A stretch of 63,820 nt of DNA, filler included, from 9 parts of 9 records of this genome joined end to end with filler, not necessarily neighbours in it; one strand, 5' to 3'; shown: positions 47,051 to 58,947, numbered from the whole stretch's first letter. A program made the numbers and translations. The notes: a model not told the origin generated them from the sequence alone.

Positions 47051-47492
47051 CAGCTGCTGGCCTTGTCTCGTTGTTGCTTGTGGCCGGCTTTGTACTGGCT
47101 TGGTTGGGATCCGGCCTTGGCTGTCCGGGTGTTTGCTGGCGACTAGCTGCGGCTCCACGGATCACCCCGGCCCATCACCTCACTACTTAGCGTACGTATA
47201 CTGTATAAGCTTAATACTTGGCGACGCACCCTTGGAATCGAGCAGCGCGAGCAGCCGGAGCAGCGCCTTGACCGGCGGCACGCCGCTGGGGTGCTTGACG
47301 TGGCTTGACATCAAAGACTGAGCACCTCGTTCCGTAAGAAGACGTGGTTTACGTGGGTTTATTGCTAGTTTATTGCACCTCTATAATCTTCGGAAGCGCC
47401 ATGCCATGCCAGTGAGCGAGTGCCGTTGCCGTGCCGTGCGGGCGGTGGTGCTGTCTTCGGGCACAACAGGCGGCGCCCACAACCTGGCCGAG

Positions 47493-49555
47493 ATGGCCGA
47501 GGACCCGGCGGAGGCCGAGCTGGAGGCAGCCTGCCGATACGTGGCCGCACGGCCCGGGTGCGCCCGGGTGGCGCTTCAGGTGCCCCCCCCCCCCCTTCCG
47601 GCCGCCCAGCCTGGGGGTGCAGCTGCCCGACTCGATGCTTGGGACGGCCGCTCAGCTCACCGCCCGACTGCAGCGGGCCGTGGCCGGCCGGCCGGGCGTG
47701 CGGGTGTTCGTGCTCGGTGACACCTCCTACTCGCCATGCTGCGTGGACGAAGTGGCCGCGGAGCACCTGCAGGCGGACCTGGTTCTGCACTTCGGACTGA
47801 GCTGCCTCACCCCCAGCTCCCGACTGCCGGCCTATCACGTGCTCCCAGCCCACCCGATCCAGATCGAGCCCACCGGCGCCCAGATTCTGGCCACGGTGCC
47901 GGCGGGCGCCCCACTCCTCCTGCTCCTAGAGCTCCGCTACTGCCACGCCGGGCCGCAGCTGGCCGCGCAGCTGAGGGCCGGACGCGCGGGGGCGTTGGCG
48001 GTGGCGCGGGTGGAGCGAGCGCACGATCCGGCTGAGCCTGGCAGTGCGGTCGAGGGGGAGGAACAGAGCACGGGCTGGCGGTGGCTGGGAAGGTGGTGGG
48101 CGGTGGCAAGTCGGGGGTAGGTACAGTCTGGGTGGCCGGCCGATGGGCGAGTGGACGGTGCTGATGGTGGGCCCGGCGCAGTCGGCCCGGTTCGCCAATT
48201 TCATGCTGACCAATCGGGCGGCTGGCTACTATGTGTGCGACCCGGGCGCGTCCGAGTGCAGCGAGATAGACCCCGGCACGCATGGGCTTCTGCTCCGTCG
48301 ATATCATTGCATCGAGAGAGCCAAGCAGGCCAGCCGCGGGGCGAGTTCGGCTGACCGAGATCGGCAGGTGAAGTTCTTCGGGATTCTAGCCAATACGCTG
48401 GGCGCGGGGCGGTACATGGAGATCATTGCGAGGCTCAAGGCACAATTGACCGTTGCGGCTATAGCTGACGGTCGTTGCAGGGCATGATCAGCGCCGCCGG
48501 CCGGAAGGCCAAGGTTATGCCTCAGACAGCGAAGAGCCAACTCGGGTGCAGGTGTTCCTGGTGGGCAAGATCAATGTACCCAAACTGGCCAACTTCGCAG
48601 AGGTCGGGCCAATATCAGCTGTGAGGCCGATCTTGAGCTCATGCAGGTGGATGCTTTCGTGCTGGTCGGCTGCCCGCTGAGCACGTTGATGGACTCCAAA
48701 GAGTACATGACACCTATACTCACGCCATTCGAAGTGGAGGCGCCTCTGCCCGGCCCGCTCTGGCCCTGACAGCTGCACCAGGTGGCACTGGGGCCGTCAG
48801 GAGGAGCTCAGTGGGATGGCGGCTACCAAACTGATTTCGGGGCGCTGCTACAGCGCCCACTGCAGCTAGACGGCTCCACCCCGGCCCCTAAGGTGACTGA
48901 CAGACGGCTGGGGCTGGCCAGCCGAGCCAGGCGTGCGGGTGTGGCTCAGTGAGTGGCAAGCGAGGGTTGCTTGAGTTGGTCATGGAGCCCGAGCCCGAGG
49001 CATCTGCCGCCCGACGCTCGGTCGAGCCATCCACAGGCGCTAACAGACGGGGCGCTCATCCAAGCCAGTCAGCTACCGCAAGGGCTGCTCTCACGATCGT
49101 TCCAGGCGCCGCTTGTGCTCAGGTCGCGCCTGACTGCCAGGCGATTCAGGGGCTGGTGGTCGGGCTCTCTGACACGCCACCGGCCAAAATAGAGCCCGGC
49201 CAGTTTGGGATCGCACGAGGGTGCGCGCTGCACAGTCAGGCCGTGAGCTAGGCGCAGGTATAGCTCAGAGGAGAGCAGGCAGTTCGGGCTGGAGGCGCCT
49301 GCAGATAGCGGAGAAGAGCAGGCAGTCCGAGACATTGCACCAGAAAAGGATGAGCGTGCACCCGCTCCTAACGACGAGCAGCTCAGCTGCAGCAGCGACC
49401 AGTCGAGCGAGCCTGCTGCCGCAGAGCCGGACCCAGACCAGCCGGTGCAAACAGAGCGGGTAGTGGCAAATCCGTCGGATGAAAGTAGCGACGAGTCTTT
49501 CGAGATGTCGTTAGAGGCGTTTGCAGATCTCGAGGATTGTCTAGATAACGTTTAG
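47493..49555 (+). CDS. DPH2: Diphthamide biosynthesis protein 2, multi-exon
   Basis: RVALQ|LPD, LGDTSYSPCCVDEVAAEH, RRYHCIERAK, GILANTLG, VGKINVPKLANF, FVLVGCP, PILTPFE, GQFGIARGY. Confidence 0.9.
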
Positions 49556-49712
49556 TCGAGATTAGATTTTCAATTTACACATTACCTACGGAAGGCGGAG
49601 TCTTGTGGGGTGGTAGCGCCCAGGGTGGTGTGGTAAGCAGTCTCTACGGTACTCAGTAATAACTGTTTCAATTACATGATTGTATAAGTCATGTATCAAA
49701 TGATTCATGACA

Positions 49713-52143
49713 TTACGTGGAGTGGATCTTTGGAAAAATGCAACTGGTTCTACGCACGCCGCCGCGATTGCAGCGTTCTGGGCCTTGAAGCTCCCTTGCC
49801 CGCTCCCTTGCCACCAGGGGCATGTGTCTCCGGAGCACCACCCTTCCTCGACCCGCTGCCTGACATGATCTCGCCTGAAGCGTCTCCCTTCCCAGCTCCT
49901 TGGCCCTTGGCTGAACCGCCCCCCTTCCTGGACCCCTTGCCGGACACAGCTCCCTCGCCTTGGCGAGTATCCATCCCGCTGCCCTGGGCTGCTCCCTTGC
50001 CACCTTTCCGCTGTGGCTTGCTCCGCCGGAACTTCTCAGGCTGGCTGGGCTCCCAGTTCTTCACGTCCCGCCGAGCCGGCTGGTTGTACGCTCGGGCGCA
50101 GGCCTTGCGGAACCAGTGATCGAACTCGGCGAAGTCCATCTCACCGCTGCCGCACTTCATCTCCTCCCAGCTCGTGCTGCCCCACACTCAGCACCCCCGC
50201 AGAGACACAGCCGGACCTTGCACTCAGCCGGTCGGCGTGGCTGTTGACCAGACTCAGAAGCTCCTCCTGCATCTCATGCTGCTCCTCGGCAGTCATTGGG
50301 ACGCCTTTGGGCGCAAAGTTCCTCCAGGTCCAGCCAGCCAGCTCTTTTGCCTGCTCGGGTGAGAGCACCCCGGACCCTTCCACGTCGAGCAAATCAAACC
50401 CGAGCTTTGCCTGTGCGATTAGCTGCTGCTCTGCGTACCCTGTCTTGTTCTGCGTCCCTTGCCTGTTGGCAGACCCAGACACGTAGCCGCCAGACTGCGC
50501 CAGCTTGGGCTCCCGGGTTGGGACTGCAACTCGCCGAGCAATTGGGCTGCTGGAGACTCGACGGCGGCTGCTCACGCCAGAGACAACCGTGGGCATCTGG
50601 TGCCGCTGACTCTTGTCTGGTTGGGCCCGGCCGGTTTGCATGGTGCTGGTGGCCGTCCGCCACTCGGATCCGATCACCCGCACCTCCACGTCGTAGTCTC
50701 GCCCGGGCGCTAGGTGTCCCAGCAGGTACGCTATCTCGCCGTCATCTCCGTGATACGTCGAGAACGCCGGATCGTTGTACTCTCTAGGCTCCACCACCGC
50801 CACAGCCTCGAGTGGCTCGCCAGCCAGCGCTGTCAGCACAACATAATCTGCCAGCAGCTCAGCCCAGTTTAGCGCCAGACCCACGTGCAGATCGTCTCAA
50901 GGTGGCGTCGTGCGACCAACTGATGTAGAGGGCGTTGGGCGTGGCGTTCCGCAGCTTGACTTGTTCCACTGCCCACAGCCGCCTCAGGGCCGGCCGTTGG
51001 GTTTCGGCACAGTCACGCTCGTGGCTCGCAAGCTCGAACAGCTCTTGCTGCAGCACTGCAGCCTCGTGCTGCTCAGGCGCAGTCAGCGACCGGAACGCCG
51101 CCACAACGTCCCAGTTGTTGGCTTCGAGCGCGTCCAGCAGCATCTCTGCCCGCGGGTCAGCCAGGCCGCCGCGGATTGCACCGGGGTCGCAGCCAAGCCC
51201 TGACATCTCTGGGTCTTGCAGCAGGCTCGCCAGCTTGACCCCAGCCTCCGACTGCACGCTGCCCGCCCAGTCAGCCTATCGGCATGGGGGCACGCACTCA
51301 GCCGCGGCCGAGACCTCCACTTCGGCTGAGCAGGCCACAGCGGCTCGGTCGGCGGGTGCGGCAGATTGGCTCCACGCTAGGGCTCGGCTCGGGGCCTCAG
51401 CCTGCGGGCTCTCGCTATCACCCTCGCTGGCGGCCGACAATGGCAGCTCCTCCTGGGCTTGCTGGTCCGTCGAGCTGGACTCCGGTGGACCGACTGGTTG
51501 GAGCTCCTCTCCGTTGCAGTCTGACGGGCGGGCTGGCGGGGCGTCTGCCGCTGCTCGTGTTGGCTCACTCTGTCGCTCCATCTCCTCTTCGGGGGCAGGC
51601 GCGCCTCCAGCCACCGGTACCCTGGCCGCCGTCTGGACTGGTCGCCCCCCGCTCGACTGTGCTCCCGTTGCGTGCGCCGCCGGTTTGTGTGCGGCCGGTC
51701 TCTGGCCAGCTGGTCGGCTGGCCACTGGCTGCTTTGTGGCCTCGGGATCTGCTCGGGCGGCAGACACCGCGAGCACGCGCCCCTGCCGGTCGACCACCGC
51801 CCCGCCTGAGGAAGAGGCGCTCTGCCGCCGGGCCCTCCGCTCGGCAGCCAGCTTGTTACGCGCCAGCCTCTCGTCCGATTCTGGGGGCCTGGTCGGCTCA
51901 GCAGGCGGCGGCTGGCCCTGCCGGCCGCGGATCCCATACGACTCCTGACAGGTTGGTCTGGGCCGGTCTAGCCGGGTTGGGGGCACCTGGAGCGCGTGTA
52001 TTTTGTCCACAGTCGACTCTATCTGGCTGTACCCCCGGCCCAGCTTGTCGTGGAGCGTGTACGCAAGACCGTCCAAATTGGGCGGGAGTTCCGGCTCGGG
52101 CTCGGGTTCGGGATCCGGCTCCGGCTCCGGCTCGGGTTCAGGC
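49713..52143 (-). CDS. Protein with FN3-like and EF-hand-like segments, 5' end lost
   Basis: LGHLAPGRDYDVEVRV is FN3-like. FDLLDVEGSGVLS and GEMDFAEF are EF-hand-like. An EP repeat lies at the contig edge. Confidence 0.5.
52090..52143 (-). repeat. (EP)n coding microsatellite at contig break
   Basis: GGCTCC/GGCTCG/GGTTCG hexamer repeats. Confidence 0.8.
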
Positions 52144-52243
52144 NNNNNNNNNNNNNNNNNNNNNNNNNNNNNNNNNNNNNNNNNNNNTTAATTAATTAAN
52201 NNNNNNNNNNNNNNNNNNNNNNNNNNNNNNNNNNNNNNNNNNN
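52144..52243. other. Artificial contig spacer
   Basis: N44-TTAATTAATTAA-N44. Confidence 0.98.
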
Positions 52244-52749
52244 TCCCTCTACGTACAGGCTAGTAAACTGCCATCGTTAGCCCATGATAGCCTCGACCGT
52301 GCTGCATAGCCTGCCCGTCCGTTGGCCACCCCAAGCATCCTAACCACCGCCGACGGCGCCTCCACCTCAATATCGCTGAAATCGTCCTCGCTCTCATCGA
52401 GCTCGGGCAGCGGTTCGCCCGCCTGCAGCGCGGCCACCCAGTGGTCCAGCTCGCGGCGGGCTGCCACGAGGTCGTTGCCCGTCCGGCTCAGCGCCAGGTT
52501 CACTCTCGCGGCGGTGTGGCACCCGAAAGCCGGCTCGTACTCGGCGATCAGGCAGCTAGTCTCGATGTGCCACGCAGCGCAGGGAGCCTGCTGCTCGCCG
52601 CCGGCAGGTGCCGCCGGCATACTGACTGCCGTGCCACACCCCAGCGCTGCTGCTATGCGCTGAGCTTCAAGGGTTCCTGTGGGGTAAATTCCGTTACCGT
52701 TGGCGGCGCGAATGTCCCAGAGCAGGGCTGCTCTCAGGGGCTTGGCCAC
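52244..52749 (-). CDS. Unidentified protein, N-terminal part
   Basis: Coding-like ORF divergent from the gene at 52827. Confidence 0.4.
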
Positions 52750-52826
52750 TTGGCAGCGCCAAGCCTGGTGCGACCGCCAGCGCGAGGAGGTTTAGCGAGG
52801 TTCGAGCGGACGACAGCAAGAGCACC

Positions 52827-54798
52827 ATGTATGCCAATGAGGCTGACAATCTGGAGACGACACTGCTCGGCCGGATGCGCCTCGGGCTGCGCAAGCGGTT
52901 CAAGGGCAAGCCGGAGCCTTGGCGGATGGTGTTCGAGGGCGGCGTGCGCTACCGCCGGTCGCCGGTGTGGGGGGACGTCGTGGAGGGGCTCGAGCCGGTG
53001 CGGCACGGCCAAGTGGTGCTGGGCGCGCTCGTGCCGGGCGAGGGCGGGCTGCACTGGCTGGAGTGCACCGAGGAGCGCTTCCTGCCCACCTGCACCCCGG
53101 ACGAGCCGCGGGTGACAGTGCTGGCCCCGCACGAAACGGAGGAGCCGGAGGACACGCTGATGACCCAACTCAAGGGCAAGCTGGACCAGCACATCATCGA
53201 GCCGGTCAAGGCCTCTATCAGGGAGCCGCAGAGCCCCACCAGCGAGACGGCCCAGGACCACCAGATGATCAAAGCTCGGCAGGATACGATGGCCCGCCGG
53301 CTGGAGCTGCTGCAGAGCGAGCAGTGGATTGCTGGCGAGGAGGAGGAGGAGAGCGACGAGGAGGCTGGCCCGGCAGATGCAATGCCCGAGTGCAGACTGT
53401 CACACAATGAGTGGCTCGAGAGCATCGAGGCCCGGCTGGAGGCTCGGCTGACAGGGATCGAGAGTGGGTCTGCCAGCCAGCTGCGTGTGCTGAGCGTTGG
53501 TGCAGGGGGGTGCACGCCAGAGGCTGGGTCGGCCATCGCTGCGCTGTGCAGGGAGGCGCTACAGGCCAACAGAGCCTGGTTGGACCACGGAGCCGGCCCA
53601 GCAGGCCAGCAGCAGGTAGATCAAGGCAGCTGGGTGGGCAAAGCTGCGGCCGAAAGGTAGCCATTGGTGGGTGTGGGAGGCTGACTGCTGCGGCAGAGTG
53701 GCTGAGGTGCCAGTAGCAGCGTATCCGATGGTTACAATCGGCCGAGGGGAGGGACGCTGGCGGGTAGATGTGCAGTTAGAGCTGGCTGGGAGGGAGGATC
53801 CACCGGGGCAGCGGCTGGATGAGCAGCTGAGCCAGGCGGCGCAGCAGCGGGAGGCTGGGCTGCTTCAGTCAATGCAGGAGCTGGAGAGCGAGGCAGCCCA
53901 GGCCAGGGCCGAGGCGGCCCATCTGAAGAGCAGCCATCAGGCGCTCGAGCAGGTCATGCTCGAGTTGGAGGGCGAGGTGGTGCGGGTGCGTGGCGAGCTG
54001 CAGCAGAATGCCAAGTCTGAGGCCGCGCTGGCGGCTAGACTGGAGCAAGCCAACCAAGCGGCCGATCAGCAGCGGCAGTCGCATGAGATGTGGGCGGCCG
54101 AGTGTGAGCGCGAGCAGCAGGGTGCAGCGGAGCGGCAGACGCGACTGGAGGGCAGGGTGAATGAACTGGAGAACGAGCTAGTGCAGGCCAGGCTGATGGC
54201 TGATGAGCATCGTAACGTGGCACTGGTGACAGCAACCAAAGCACACCAGGAGCTCAGCTCGGCCAAGGTAGTGATCGAGGCTGAGGCGGCCCAGTGGCAC
54301 TCTCTCAAGCTCAATGCGATGCAGGAGGATAAGGTGCTGATGGAAACCCTGATCGAGGAGCAGCAAGAGCAGCTAGCAGACAAGAGCAGTCGGTTGGCTG
54401 AGGCCGAGGCCCGGGTGCAGCAGCTCGAGGCTCGGGTGGGCGATGCAGATCAGCAGGCGCAGCTAGTGGCAGGCCTGATGCAGGACAAGCAGCGTCTCGA
54501 GCAGGGCAACCGGGTAATGCAGGAGAGCTACAGTGCTCGGATTGAATCATTGACTGCCAAGCTTGAGAACAAGACTCAGGAATCTCAGGAGGCGAGCGGT
54601 TCTCCGGCCTCATCTAGATCTGATGGATCGTCTTCCATGTCAGCATCCGAGGATGGTTTCTTCTCAAGGATGAAGAAAAAGATCATGCTGCCCAGCCAAC
54701 CGACACGCAAGCTAAGATTCTCGATCTCTTCTACTAATGAGAGCGCAAGTACCTCAAGCCCGGCCTCTCGATCTAGAACATGCACACCAATACTATGA
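52827..54798 (+). CDS. Coiled-coil protein of unknown function, two main exons
   Basis: 277-aa and 375-aa ORFs are joinable by a short intron near 53657-53700; E/Q-rich heptads. Confidence 0.65.
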
Positions 54799-54962
54799 GA
54801 ATCTAGATTTCAGTAGATAAGTTTTCATGATCTATTCTCAATGATTTAATCACAGATGCGCTAGCGTCAAAACTGGAAATAGCTGCGTAGAGCTCTAGAC
54901 CTAGAGCTCTAGACCCGGACACGTCTCCTACACGTCTCCATCCGCTCGAGTAAGACTACGAG

Positions 54963-56420
54963 TTACTTGGCACACTTCCACGTCTCCAAATCTAGGACTT
55001 CGACAGCCTCACCATCTACCCACTTTGGAATATTCTTACTCCCCAATTCGACGCCCCTGAAGCTGCATGCTCCAAGTACATTTTCCGGTGACGTGTTATC
55101 CTCACGCGATTCGATCACAGTGCCAAAGTCAAATACAGCTCGCCCTAGGTGATCCCACGATGCGTGCAGGCCCTTTCTGGCCACGTAGCACCAGCACCCT
55201 AAGTTGACATCCAACTCGCCGTATAGCAACCCCCCAGGCATCCTCCCCCTAAACCAAGTGCCCGACCTGGTCACCAGCACAGGCTTGCCATTGTACCCAG
55301 ACAACATCTCCGGAAGACCAGCTTCACTCCAATTTCTCACTTTCCCCATCAACTTGAACCGATCTCCTCCCTGAGGCGCCCGCCTGAAATAGGCCTCGAG
55401 CAGCCGCACCCCAGGCGCGGCCTCGGCCAGATTAGCCAGCGCCACGGCAGTCGTCTCCCTCATCACAAACGTGAGCACTGCGAGCACCATCGGACCGGTG
55501 TCTGACTTATCCGAAAACATCGAGGGAGGCGTGAGTGGGAACATTACGTTCAACACCAGCACAGTTGGCACGTATGACAGCGGGTTGCCCCTGTCAATAT
55601 TGGGCAGCTTCAGCTTGGCCGCCAGGTTTAGTTGAGGCTTGCGGGCCCGGTACAGGTCAAACCCAATGCAGTCATACAGTGAGGCCTCCGACGGCGCCTT
55701 GCCCCGGGCCACCGCGTAATTGGGCTGTCGCACATCGAATCGAGAGCCATTGAGCGGGAACCAGCAGGGCCCGCTGTGTGCGCTGTCTTCCGTGCACTGG
55801 CTGCTCCCAACCCTTGGGGCCCCGGCCGGGCCCAGCCAGTCGCAGCCATCCAACACTTGCTCCGGCATCGGCTCCGGTGGCGCCGGAGCAAACCCGATGG
55901 TCAGCGGCCGCTCGGCCCGCTGGACGGCCTCTATGATCTCGCCGAAGTCCCGCCGGGCCACGGTCTCGCCGTTGACAGACCAGACGGTACATCCGTAGTG
56001 CAAACCGGGAACGTGTTCCTCTATCCTCATCAGAATCGCGCCTGGACCGGTCGGGAGCGGCTCGAGGCGCAGCCCGAGCTTGCCGGGGGTGCTCCAGGTG
56101 TGGTAGATCAGGGCCGGAGGTGACAACACCAGTTGTGACATCATCTCCTCAGCGTCGGACAGCCGGGGGGACCTCGGAGGGCTGTCCGGGTGACTAGCCA
56201 CATCGAGCGCGAACTCGACAGCGCCCATGCTCTCGCTCCGCGCGTGCCTGCTGCCCCGCCTCGAGTCCTCCACAAGCGGGCCCTGGACCGCCTCTGCTTC
56301 TTTCAGCTCGGCCTGGCGGAGAGACTCCTCGGCCAGGGCAAGCATCCGAGTCTGGTACGCGTCCTCCTCGGCCGCTGCCCCGGCCACCGGGGCTGGCCGT
56401 AGCCCCAGCAGCTCGTCCAT
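54963..56420 (-). CDS. PDZ-like plus EDR2 C-terminal (DUF1336) domain protein, intronless
   Basis: GKLGLRL..SVNGETV..RPLTIGF is PDZ-like. FDVRQPNY..KAPS, RFKLMG, YNGKPVLV, ELDVN and PENVLG match DUF1336. Confidence 0.8.
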   Translation of the reverse strand: MDELLGLRPAPVAGAAAEEDAYQTRMLALAEESLRQAELKEAEAVQGPLVEDSRRGSRHARSESMGAVEFALDVASHPDSPPRSPRLSDAEEMMSQLVLSPPALIYHTWSTPGKLGLRLEPLPTGPGAILMRIEEHVPGLHYGCTVWSVNGETVARRDFGEIIEAVQRAERPLTIGFAPAPPEPMPEQVLDGCDWLGPAGAPRVGSSQCTEDSAHSGPCWFPLNGSRFDVRQPNYAVARGKAPSEASLYDCIGFDLYRARKPQLNLAAKLKLPNIDRGNPLSYVPTVLVLNVMFPLTPPSMFSDKSDTGPMVLAVLTFVMRETTAVALANLAEAAPGVRLLEAYFRRAPQGGDRFKLMGKVRNWSEAGLPEMLSGYNGKPVLVTRSGTWFRGRMPGGLLYGELDVNLGCWCYVARKGLHASWDHLGRAVFDFGTVIESREDNTSPENVLGACSFRGVELGSKNIPKWVDGEAVEVLDLETWKCAK

Positions 56421-56485
56421 GACTCCTCCGCAAGCGCTTCCTCCCCTGGCCTGGCTCAGCTTCCCCAACGTATTTGGCGAAGCAC

Positions 56486-57248
56486 ATGCTTCGGGCGCTG
56501 TCCACAGCAACCCGGCGCACTGCGCTGCGAAGGCCGGTGCTGCCGCCCTCTGGCAGGTCGCGCCTGGCCGCTGGCCGGGCTGAGCCTGCGCAGCCGGCAG
56601 ATGGGGATGATGGACCGATTCAGGGAGGGTCGGGAGAACAAGGAGTTCAGGCGCAACGTGGAGTACCTGGCTGAGCAGGAGAGCTGGGACCTCAACAAGT
56701 TCCTGGCCCAGCTCGAGGACTCCACAAAGCTGCTCGGGATGAAGGGGTGGCCCGCCCGCCGCCGGCCCGACCCCAACCGGAGGCTGCAGGGTGAAGACGG
56801 GGCTTTTTGGCGGGGAGGCCGGCGCGGAGGTGGGGACGCCCGCGTGTACTGCTGTGGCTGAGGGGCGGGCAGATCCAAAACTATATAAACATGCTCAAGC
56901 TGATCCCGGACAGCTGCCGGGCCAACCCTAGCAGCTTCACCGCCACGGTGCGCTGACGCTGGGCCCAGTGTGCCGACCGGGGGTGCGCAGCACAAGAGAA
57001 ATGTAGCTAAACAGGCTGAAGTGGAGGTGGCTGACATCAATCAGCTATTGGCCAAGTACGAGCACTCGCGTGTCATGTGGAGCCTGATCAGAGGCATAAA
57101 AGACAGTGGCGAGGAACTCCCTGAAACAGCTGAGCAGGCGCAAGAAATGATGGGAAGGTCGCAAACTGCTCGAGCGGCAGCCATGAGTAGCAATCTAAAG
57201 CAGATGAGGAAGCAACAGAAGAGGAACCAAAAGAAGTTCGGGCGATGA
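56486..57248 (+). CDS. Stand-alone SRP54/Ffh M-domain-like protein with a putative mitochondrial presequence
   Basis: MLRALSTATRRTALRRP N-terminus; WDLNKFLAQLE..LGMKG, INML..RANPS and KRNVAKQAEVEVADINQLLAKY resemble the M domain. No NG GTPase domain. Confidence 0.6.
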
Positions 57249-57254
57249 TGGGAC

Positions 57255-57285
<31 letters not shown>

Positions 57286-57560
57286 TGCATTTATTAGTCC
57301 TCGTAGTCGAGCAAATCAACCAGTTACCTGCCACTACTAACTTATGCGTACAGTCAGTATATAAGTTACACTACTAACTTATGGCCCGCGATGATGGCCA
57401 GGGGTGTAACAATTCTATAGCAATGTATTCATGCCAACTCCACAATAAATCTAACCAGTACTTAGTGACGCCTGTCTAAGAAATAACGGTTTCGTCACTT
57501 ATTTCGTCACTCGGGGTTGACTTGTGTACCATGTCATGGTACATGTAGACTTGTGTCGAG

Positions 57561-58029
57561 TTAGCGCCATGCGCCCATAGTCTCTATGAATTCCTTGCGG
57601 TCATAATAGTTTGGCAGCTGCGATCTTGGGCTGAGATTCTGAATATCATGCTGTGGCCAGACCAAGTCCTTAGAGCGTATCAAATTAGGAGAGGCTGCGC
57701 GATGATTTGAGACTTTGATTAGTTGCTGCTCAAGCGACTTAGCATGCCTGCCCCACAACAGAGATCCAGCTCGGCTTTGGACTGATAACGTGTAGTTTGT
57801 CAGACGCGATCCCGTCCTCTTCCTCCAAAGAGTTGGCTGCTGCGATGGGATCGTACTTTTGCAGCATGGCTCTGGCGAGTTTGGTGCACAAGGTGAGGTA
57901 GGCCTCCTTTGGCAGCTGCCCATCGTGCTTAAGGTGATCGAGACTGGCCCAGAATCTGTCAATGCTTGCCCGCACAGTTGCCACGCGCCGAAGGCTCCGA
58001 CGCTGCATCAGCGCAGTTCGCGAGTACAT
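57561..58029 (-). CDS. Small or fragmentary protein
   Basis: MYSRTALMQRRSLR..IDRFWASL..KEAYLTLCTKLARAM..EEED looks coding; exon structure unclear. Confidence 0.35.
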
Positions 58030-58039
58030 GCAGAACGGG

Positions 58040-58505
58040 CCGGAAGCCGCAGAGTCCTGAATTGAAGTATCGGCTCACGCAAGCAAAGAAAGAGCTCAAA
58101 GGCGAAATCGCGAAGCTTCCAGCAGCTGAAAAGAAGAAAGCAACGGTCAGCCTGCCACTTACGCAGTGAGACTGATCTTGGCCACTGTCACAGGCCAAGG
58201 CTGAAAAGAAAAAAATAGAAAAGGCCAAAAAGGAGGAGAAAAAGGCGGAGAAGAAAGTAGAGAAGGACAAGAAGAAGGCCAAGAAGGGTGGCAAAGAGCT
58301 TGGCGAGAACTCTGCGAGCAGCGTAGTTGACAGTGATCTCCACATGAAAAACCGCCTGATGATGGAGTTCCACAAACTGATCGATGCCTCCGGAGGGCAA
58401 GAGTCTCTCGAGGAACGTGCAAGGATGTGGCAGAGCCTCCGGGATGACGAGGCGCGAAAGGAGCTGAAGCTGCGTGAGCAATTCAATGTGGAGGACTTAG
58501 CTTAA
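58040..58505 (+). CDS. Lys-rich 3' gene fragment with no evident 5' end
   Basis: LKYRLTQAKKELKGEIAK..|AKAEKKKIEKAKKEE..LREQFNVEDLA-stop. Confidence 0.4.
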
Positions 58506-58947
58506 CTTCTGATCAATTGTCACGCATGTCTCTTGCTCTCACCACGTCACCAGCTCCAAACTCTTGGCTGTGTGAGGCCCGTAAGGCGTTAGTAAGGCGT
58601 TGACTGCGTTCAGTTCATGATAATTAATTCTGTTGTTTGTAAGTTTATTTCCGTATTTTAGTTGAATGCGTGCATCGTGTATCCACAACATGGCAGCGTT
58701 AGGGCACGTCAGGGCAGCGTGCATGTATCAACTCAGGATAATTATGTTTACCTAGGTCTGCACATAATGTGAATAGTACTTACCGTAGAGTTTTAAGTCA
58801 TTTTAATCATTTTTAATCATTGACTTCAAGCACCAAGATGGACAACTTACCGCAGATGGTCAACTAATTCCGCTACAAGTCAATTGAACCTCAGAAAAAT
58901 GTAGCTAGCGAGAATAGCTTATAAAGCAATCTTGCAAATACGCTACA

